The notes under the pieces are model-generated. The model saw only the letters and a list, made by a program, of their open reading frames with translations. It made no database searches and was not told the origin of the DNA. Of a DNA stretch of 64,000 nucleotides, positions 57,198 through 64,000 are shown in pieces (position 1 is the stretch's first letter; every line of letters begins with the position of its first letter). The translations under genes were made by a program, and so were the position numbers. The stretch is from a virus, in IMG/VR virus record IMGVR_UViG_3300031521_000015; one strand, written 5' to 3'.

Positions 57198-60158
57198 ATG
57201 GCAAATAGCAATCCTTATTTCTTAAGACCTACCAATGGTAGTGGATATTTATCTGTGCCTAATATAGCATTGCCTACTTCATGGACAATGGAATGTTTAT
57301 TTAAATATCCATTAGCATCTCAAGCTTCTTGGAATACATTAACAAGGGGAAATGCTGGAGATCATCAGACTATAGTTCAAAGGTCTAATCTACATTTAGG
57401 TATGTATGACAACATAAATGGTACAGGTTTTAACGATACTGGGTTTGTAATGAGTACATTAAGTAGCGGTTGGCATCATATAGCCATAGTTGGAGAAAAT
57501 AATACACAAAAATATTATATTGATGGTGTTTTAGTAGGAACTTTAGCTAGACAATCAAAATCAGATATTAGGTCAATCGGTGCGTATTGGGGAGACGGTT
57601 CTCAAACATGGGGTGACTTTGATGAATTTAGACTATGGAATGTTGCAAGAAGTCAAGCAAGTATACAAAGATATATGAAGTCTTCAATAATAGTATCAGA
57701 AAACACTTCAACATTAATTGGATATTGGAAGTGCGATGAGGGAATAGGAACGATAGTAAAAGACTCAACAACTTATGCAAGAAATGGAACACTTACAGGA
57801 ACAATAAGTTGGGTGGCAGGAGAAGTAAATTTAGATGAATATTATTCTATTATAAAAGATAATGATAAATACTATAAATTTGTTGACAATGAATGGGTTG
57901 ATACTGGGTTGATTGAACCATTGGCTAAACAGAATTTTGTAGATAATGGTTTATATGATATGACTACTTGGACTACAAACACTACAACAAATTCACAAAC
58001 TATGATTTATGAAAGAGATTTATTGAATTCAAGTGTAGGAAAAGTTTATAGAAAAGTAGTAGATATTGGTAAACTAAGTAAATCATGTGGAAGTATTCAA
58101 ATGGTAGAAATATCACAAAGAACAAATGTAGTATGGACTTCTTTAGTTGGAGTTGTTACAACAAATAATAATTTAACTAAAACCAATACTACAGCAGATT
58201 GGATTTCTAGTGCAATATCTACAAAATCGATTGCTAGTGGAAATGTGACAATGAGTTTTACTGCAAGTGAAACTACGTCATATAGAATGATTGGTTTTAA
58301 TAATTCTAATGCAAACAATAGTTATACCGATATAACCTTTGCATGGTATTTACAAATTAATTCTGTATTAGCAATATATGAAAAAGGAACAAGTATAGGA
58401 ACGTTTGGAACATATGCAATAGGAGATATTTTTAAAATATCGTATGAAAATAGTAAAGTCAAATATTATAAAAACAATGTATTAATATATACAAGTTTAA
58501 CTGCACCAGTATATCCAGCCTTTATTGATACTTCACTCTATACACCTAATGGTACTCTTAATAATGTAGTATTTGGAAGTGGAATTGTTTATAGTTTTAT
58601 AAAATATAATGGAAAAATAATGAATTACAATAGCATAACTAAGCAATTTGTTGATACTGGATTAATAGAACCTTTGGTATATACTGATTTCTCTACAAAA
58701 GGAATTTCTAATCTAGGTTTAGTTGATGCAACTGCATGGCAAACTTTATCTAATTCATTTGAAGTAATAACTTGGACTGACTCTATGACTGAAATACCAA
58801 AGGTATATCTTACTGTGCCAAGTTATAATCCTATATATTGGTTAAACAATCCACAGATATACACTTGGGGAACGAATTCAGGGACAACAGATATGACGTT
58901 GAAAATGAATGTGACAACAGATACAAATGTAAGATATTTAATTTCAAAAGATAATAAAAATACATGGCAATACTTTAATGGTAGCAGTTTTCAAGATGCG
59001 TTATCTTCAGAAATATTCGATAAAGGTATGACAAAAGCACGGGTTCAAAACATAACAGAAAGTCAATGGAATCAATGGTTTCAACGAGGATATATTGATT
59101 TAATGATAGGAATGAAATCTCAAAATCCTGTAAAAGTATCTAACTTTGTAAAAAATATTACAATTAACTTTGAACCCAATCAATATCCAATAGTAAGTAA
59201 TTTTAATATTACTCCAACCAATTTACACAATGGAATGATAACTATTTCTGCTGACGTACAAGATTTAGAAGGAGATACTATTTCATATCAAGTATTAGTA
59301 AACGATAATGTAATTGATAATTTAAATAATGGTGGGTGGTCAGATTTTACAGATGGAATAAACCTTCAACATATAACTTATGATATTCCATATACTGATT
59401 TAAATGTTGGAGAAAATATTATACAATTTTCAGTTAAAGATGATAGGGGACTTCATTATGATTTTATAAATACTATTATAGTTATGGATACTGCACCTTA
59501 TCTTACTATGTTCACTCACGATAATTGGTCTTTAAGTGGGGTAATTAATGATGATGATTCTGATAAAGTGAGATACAGGGTATTGATAAATGGAATTCAA
59601 AAATATCCTCATACAAGTGATTTTGTTAATCCTACATATAGTGAGTGGTTAGATTGCCCTATAAACGTTAATTATTCTTGGAATAGTGGGGACTTAATAT
59701 TTAATCAAAACAATACTATATTAATAGAAATAATGGATGAATTACACACAAAGCAAGTTTATAGTTTTAATGATGTTATAGGAAAATATAAAAACTTAAT
59801 GATAAAAGATACTGATGGGAATTACTATTCAAATGATATGGGACAACTATTAAAATATATTGACTTTAATAATATACAAGTAGGTGAAGAATCTGAAATA
59901 AAAACTATCGTGTTAGAAAATGATTATGGTTATGCAGTACAAAATGTAAAAGTAGAAGTAGATGATAGTCAATTGGAATATGAAGTTTGTTTATGTAAAG
60001 ATACTTCATTTTTGACAAATACAAATACTATAAATTTCAATAATGTGATGTTAGACGGAGAAAGTAAAAATGTTTACATTAAGGTAAAAGCAAATAATGA
60101 TTTTTCAGACACTCCTAAAACAGTATTTAAAGTTATAGCAAGTGCAGATAAAATTTAA
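57198..60158 (+). CDS. Multi-domain LamG adhesin-like protein
   Basis: WHHIA..YIDG..DEFRLWNVAR..LIGYW..DEG.G; repeated VDTGLIEPL modules; D.EGD.I.Y.V..N Ig-like units. Confidence 0.8.
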   Translation: MANSNPYFLRPTNGSGYLSVPNIALPTSWTMECLFKYPLASQASWNTLTRGNAGDHQTIVQRSNLHLGMYDNINGTGFNDTGFVMSTLSSGWHHIAIVGENNTQKYYIDGVLVGTLARQSKSDIRSIGAYWGDGSQTWGDFDEFRLWNVARSQASIQRYMKSSIIVSENTSTLIGYWKCDEGIGTIVKDSTTYARNGTLTGTISWVAGEVNLDEYYSIIKDNDKYYKFVDNEWVDTGLIEPLAKQNFVDNGLYDMTTWTTNTTTNSQTMIYERDLLNSSVGKVYRKVVDIGKLSKSCGSIQMVEISQRTNVVWTSLVGVVTTNNNLTKTNTTADWISSAISTKSIASGNVTMSFTASETTSYRMIGFNNSNANNSYTDITFAWYLQINSVLAIYEKGTSIGTFGTYAIGDIFKISYENSKVKYYKNNVLIYTSLTAPVYPAFIDTSLYTPNGTLNNVVFGSGIVYSFIKYNGKIMNYNSITKQFVDTGLIEPLVYTDFSTKGISNLGLVDATAWQTLSNSFEVITWTDSMTEIPKVYLTVPSYNPIYWLNNPQIYTWGTNSGTTDMTLKMNVTTDTNVRYLISKDNKNTWQYFNGSSFQDALSSEIFDKGMTKARVQNITESQWNQWFQRGYIDLMIGMKSQNPVKVSNFVKNITINFEPNQYPIVSNFNITPTNLHNGMITISADVQDLEGDTISYQVLVNDNVIDNLNNGGWSDFTDGINLQHITYDIPYTDLNVGENIIQFSVKDDRGLHYDFINTIIVMDTAPYLTMFTHDNWSLSGVINDDDSDKVRYRVLINGIQKYPHTSDFVNPTYSEWLDCPINVNYSWNSGDLIFNQNNTILIEIMDELHTKQVYSFNDVIGKYKNLMIKDTDGNYYSNDMGQLLKYIDFNNIQVGEESEIKTIVLENDYGYAVQNVKVEVDDSQLEYEVCLCKDTSFLTNTNTINFNNVMLDGESKNVYIKVKANNDFSDTPKTVFKVIASADKI

Positions 60159-60182
60159 TAAAATATAAAAGTAGGTGATATT

Positions 60183-62822
60183 TTGGCAATTAATAATCCA
60201 TATGCTTTAAAATTTGGTGGAACAACAAATGTTACAATTCCACATTCTAACTCATTAAGCCCATTGCGACAAATGACTATAGAGTTTGATATTAAGATAA
60301 ATTCTTTTGTTAATACTTGGATGCCAATTATTTATAAAGGAAATGCTAGGCAATATAGTATGTGGGTACATAGTACAGGACGTATGTATTTAGGAACTGA
60401 AAAGTTAGACGGAACTCAAGAAATTTTATGGAGTGATACTATAACTCCTGTAATGGTGGCGAATACTTGGTATCATATAGCAGGAGTTATTAATAGAGAT
60501 ACAGGTATTCTTAAACTTTATTTAAATGACGCTTTATGGTTTAGTATTGCTATTACAGTAGGAGTCGATACTTTAGTTCAACCTTATCCATTATATTTTG
60601 GAAGTACAACAGAAGTAAATTCAGCATATTCTATGTTTAATGGATATTTAGATAATGTAAGAATGTGGAATATTGAAAGAACATTAACACAAATTAAAGA
60701 TAATAGAAAGAAACAATTAAAAGGAAATGAAAATAATTTAATTGCTTATTGGAAGTTTAATGAAGGAAACGGAACTACGATAACTGACGTAGTTAATGGG
60801 AATAATGGGATAATTGTTAATGGTACTTGGGCAACGGGTGGAGTTGATTTAGATCCAATTTGTGAATTTGATAAAGCAGAAATTATTCCAAGCAATATAT
60901 GGACATATAAAAATAATAATGATAGTTTATTAAAATGTACAATAGATACAGATTTTGGAACTCAAACTCAATATAAAATATTTATAAATGGCATTCAATA
61001 TTATCCATCAAGTGGATATACATTATTAACAACAACTCCATATGATATTCAAATGGCAATTCCTCAAAGTGCTTTTAATTCAGGCAAAAATACTTTATAT
61101 ATAGATGTTTTAAGTGTAGAAAATTATTTATATAGACTTGGGACATATAATGTTTATAAAGAAGACAGAGATAGTACAAGTTCTCAAAGAGACTTTGATT
61201 TTAATTCCGAATATACGATGACAAACAATAATTCAAACTGTAATGAAAATGGTTTATCTTTAATTGGATATGGTACTGATATAGTAATATCTAATGACAA
61301 TTCACAATTAAAGACAATTGGAAAAAGGAAAATAAATAGTATAGCAATAACAGGAACAGATGATTCCATTCAATCTACTACACTTGTAGAAGACATGGAA
61401 ACAGATATGATAGTAGGAACAGGAACTAAATATACGTATGATATAAATTCTGATAGATTCACTGAGTTGAATGGAATGGTGATTTCTAATGGAAATACTT
61501 TAATCCAAACAGACGATAAAGTATATACTTTTAAAGGTACGGGTTATGTAGATATAGGCAATCAAAATCCAACTCAATTAGACTTCCAAAATAATGATGT
61601 TACTAATTTAAATCTATTATTTGCTGATATGAATATTGCAAGATTTGTTCCATCGAATAAAGGTGTTTTGGGTGATGGATATTTATATAGACAAATAGTA
61701 AATTTATCAAAGTATAATGGAGTTAAAAGTGCTATTTATTCCAATGGTATTGTAAACTTTGGTACATATAGGGCGTGGAGTGATGGGACTTATGCAAAAT
61801 CTGCTGAAGAATATCTTAGACCAACAGATGGAAGTCATGTGTATATGGGAGATACAGGTAGTGGCATATATAGAATAAAACCAACACCTTATGACGCCTG
61901 TGGTATATGGACTTTATATCAAGATGCTACAAGATATGAAACAGTAGACTCTAGTCAAAAATGGATAAGATTAAAAAGCACATCATGGTGTGGTTATTGG
62001 GATATGGTAGTTTTATCAGGCACATGTACACTATCATTTGAATATAAAGGAAATGGAACTTTTGCTATTGATAATGATGGAGTTAATGATAATACATTTA
62101 ATGCTACTTTAGTCGGAACATCTGATTGGCAGACATATACTATAACAAAAACATTAGCTACTTCTGGACATTTATTATTATATATGTGTAATACAGTAGG
62201 AACAAACACAGAAATTAGAAACATAAAATTAGTGAAACCAACAGTAATACAAGATGTTTATTGTGATATGAATACATCTAATAATGATGGAGCATGGATG
62301 TTGGTACTTAACACAGGAGTAAAAGGAACATTAACTACAATGGCAACATCAAGTGGAACATTACCTGTATTGTCAGCAAGTACAACCATGTGTAAACTAG
62401 GTGACGATGTTATAAATGCATTACGAGGAAAAGATTTATCAAAGAGTATAATTAAGGTTGATAGACCTAATAACCCTAGTTTTAAAACTTTACCAATTTA
62501 CTTTAGACAAAATACACCTTATATATCAGATTCTCCAAGATACGGAACTGTACAAGATTCTTATCAAACTATTTATATGTATTATCCTCTTTATTTAGAT
62601 GCAAAAAATGGTACAAGTACGGGAAGATATGGTGCAAATGCAACAAATTACGGAAGTGCTTTGAGTACATGGGGCAGTACAAGTTTCCCGTCTACTAATG
62701 CAACTGCTTATTATTTAATAATGAACTACTCTAGTGAAGCTTGTATATCTCATGATTCATCGGCTTACGAAGGGTCAAGATCGGAAAGAAACTGCTTAAT
62801 ATGGGTGAAACAATTAGCTTAA
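60183..62822 (+). CDS. LamG protein with fibrinogen-like C-terminal domain
   Basis: WYHIA..DNVRMWN..YWKFNEG.G; SGIY.IKP and VYCDM....GAWMLV. Confidence 0.78.
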   Translation: MAINNPYALKFGGTTNVTIPHSNSLSPLRQMTIEFDIKINSFVNTWMPIIYKGNARQYSMWVHSTGRMYLGTEKLDGTQEILWSDTITPVMVANTWYHIAGVINRDTGILKLYLNDALWFSIAITVGVDTLVQPYPLYFGSTTEVNSAYSMFNGYLDNVRMWNIERTLTQIKDNRKKQLKGNENNLIAYWKFNEGNGTTITDVVNGNNGIIVNGTWATGGVDLDPICEFDKAEIIPSNIWTYKNNNDSLLKCTIDTDFGTQTQYKIFINGIQYYPSSGYTLLTTTPYDIQMAIPQSAFNSGKNTLYIDVLSVENYLYRLGTYNVYKEDRDSTSSQRDFDFNSEYTMTNNNSNCNENGLSLIGYGTDIVISNDNSQLKTIGKRKINSIAITGTDDSIQSTTLVEDMETDMIVGTGTKYTYDINSDRFTELNGMVISNGNTLIQTDDKVYTFKGTGYVDIGNQNPTQLDFQNNDVTNLNLLFADMNIARFVPSNKGVLGDGYLYRQIVNLSKYNGVKSAIYSNGIVNFGTYRAWSDGTYAKSAEEYLRPTDGSHVYMGDTGSGIYRIKPTPYDACGIWTLYQDATRYETVDSSQKWIRLKSTSWCGYWDMVVLSGTCTLSFEYKGNGTFAIDNDGVNDNTFNATLVGTSDWQTYTITKTLATSGHLLLYMCNTVGTNTEIRNIKLVKPTVIQDVYCDMNTSNNDGAWMLVLNTGVKGTLTTMATSSGTLPVLSASTTMCKLGDDVINALRGKDLSKSIIKVDRPNNPSFKTLPIYFRQNTPYISDSPRYGTVQDSYQTIYMYYPLYLDAKNGTSTGRYGANATNYGSALSTWGSTSFPSTNATAYYLIMNYSSEACISHDSSAYEGSRSERNCLIWVKQLA

Positions 62823-62860
62823 AATGGTTAATATTTTTAAAAGAAAGGAGGTATCTCTTT

Positions 62861-64000
62861 ATGGAATATACATTTGTTAAAACTTTAGCTGGAAAACTAT
62901 TAACTTTTAATGGCACTAGTTGGGTAGACTCTATATTAGTAGAACCACTTACAAAACAAAACTTTATTGATTTTGGTATTTCATCAATAAATTCTATAAC
63001 TGAAGCACAATGGTCAACTTTAGATGAAGACCAAGTAGAATTTATTACTTGGTCTGATAAATCTACAAATCTAAATTTAATATTTAATACATCTAATACA
63101 TATAAACCATTTTTTGTTATTGATAGTCCTAAATTATTATGTTGGAGTGATACAGTAGTTCCAAGTGTAATATTAAATATTAAAGCTCAATTAATGTCTA
63201 AGTTCTTATTTTCTAAAGATGGCAGAAATTCTTGGTGGACATTTAAAAGTGGAGTATGGCAACAAGTATTATTAAGTGATATTGATACAAAAGGAATGAC
63301 AAGACTAGAAGTTAATAATATATTAGATGGCGATATAAATGCGTGGTTTAAGCGTGGAACATTAGATTATGCAGTATATATGTATTCGGAAAGCAATATG
63401 TTAAGTCCGCAAATAAATAATTTAATTACCACATATCCTGTTAATTCATCTCCTACAATTAGTAATTTAACAATTAGTCCTGATACAACATTATATAGAA
63501 CAAATATAAAATTATCAGCAGATTTGCAAGATTTAGAAGGCGATTTATTTCAATATAAGATTACTATCAATGGGATATTTATTGACTTTGAAGGCAATAA
63601 CGGATGGTCTGATTGGCTAGATGGAGAACAAATTCAACAAATTGCACACACGTATAATTATTTAGATTTCAAAGTAGGTAATAATATTATTATTTTATCT
63701 GTCAAAGATTCTAGGGGATTAGTTTATTCTATTACAAAATATTTAAATATGGTAAATAACAATCCCATATTTTCAAGTATTTTATCTGATAATTGGAGTG
63801 TTTCTGGGTCACTCGATGATATTAATGGAGACAAAATTAGATATAGAATGTTGATAAATGGGGTGCAAAAATATCCATATACTGAGGATTTAAGTACACC
63901 ATCTTATACTGAATATTTTGACGTACCTCATTATATAGAACATAGTTGGACAAGTGATGATTTAATATTGAACAAACAAAATACAATAAAATTTGAAATA
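62861..64000 (+). CDS. Paralogue of the C-terminal half of 57198..60158; runs off window
   Basis: AAGGAGG RBS, ATG 62861, open to window end; WVD..L.EPL.KQNF, SKD..N.W, KGMT..V, DLEGD, DNWS.SG..DD motifs. Confidence 0.8.
   Translation, partial: MEYTFVKTLAGKLLTFNGTSWVDSILVEPLTKQNFIDFGISSINSITEAQWSTLDEDQVEFITWSDKSTNLNLIFNTSNTYKPFFVIDSPKLLCWSDTVVPSVILNIKAQLMSKFLFSKDGRNSWWTFKSGVWQQVLLSDIDTKGMTRLEVNNILDGDINAWFKRGTLDYAVYMYSESNMLSPQINNLITTYPVNSSPTISNLTISPDTTLYRTNIKLSADLQDLEGDLFQYKITINGIFIDFEGNNGWSDWLDGEQIQQIAHTYNYLDFKVGNNIIILSVKDSRGLVYSITKYLNMVNNNPIFSSILSDNWSVSGSLDDINGDKIRYRMLINGVQKYPYTEDLSTPSYTEYFDVPHYIEHSWTSDDLILNKQNTIKFEI

Noticed and set aside
1-64000. CRISPR array, tRNA/rRNA genes, IS transposase, integrase, stop-codon reassignment
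   Set aside because: No regularly spaced repeats or recognisable RNA genes or recombinases were seen by eye; genes are full length in the standard code and use all three stops.

Overview
AT-rich, almost entirely plus-strand morphogenesis region of a large SPbeta-like siphovirus (prophage or free phage). The host is probably Clostridium sensu stricto, judged from the amidase endolysin with WYY cell-wall-binding repeats. Gene order: terminase, portal, protease/scaffold, decoration, major capsid, head-tail, major tail, tape measure, Dit, Tal, BppU/fibres, SGNH tailspike, endolysin, holin, then about 18 kb of Ig-like/LamG adhesin-type genes running off the window end. Several accessory units interrupt the structural cluster: five free-standing putative homing endonuclease genes, two antirepressor-small ORF-HTH triplets, an XRE divergent switch, a likely type I toxin-antitoxin pair and a membrane-anchored moron. 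The main finding is that all five endonuclease genes (one HNH, four PD-(D/E)XK-like) share a promoter plus a 110-120 nt leader RNA architecture whose sequence has diverged but whose pairings covary. The leader is a three-stem junction. One loop carries a self-complementary hexamer that differs in every copy (TTATAA, TCATGA, GTCGAC, TCGCGA, TAATTA). The other loop can pair either with a decoy or with the Shine-Dalgarno. I do not recognise it as a known RNA family; it looks like a paralogue-specific kissing-dimer translational switch. Other notable items are a 4-nt duplication that frameshifts terL, a C8 tract that frameshifts a fibre-locus gene, a hairpin-bridged RBS for Dit, a promoter flanked by 17-bp inverted repeats, and a pervasive intergenic AAYAAATTAA motif. 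All protein calls come from motifs and synteny read by eye; no searches were run.
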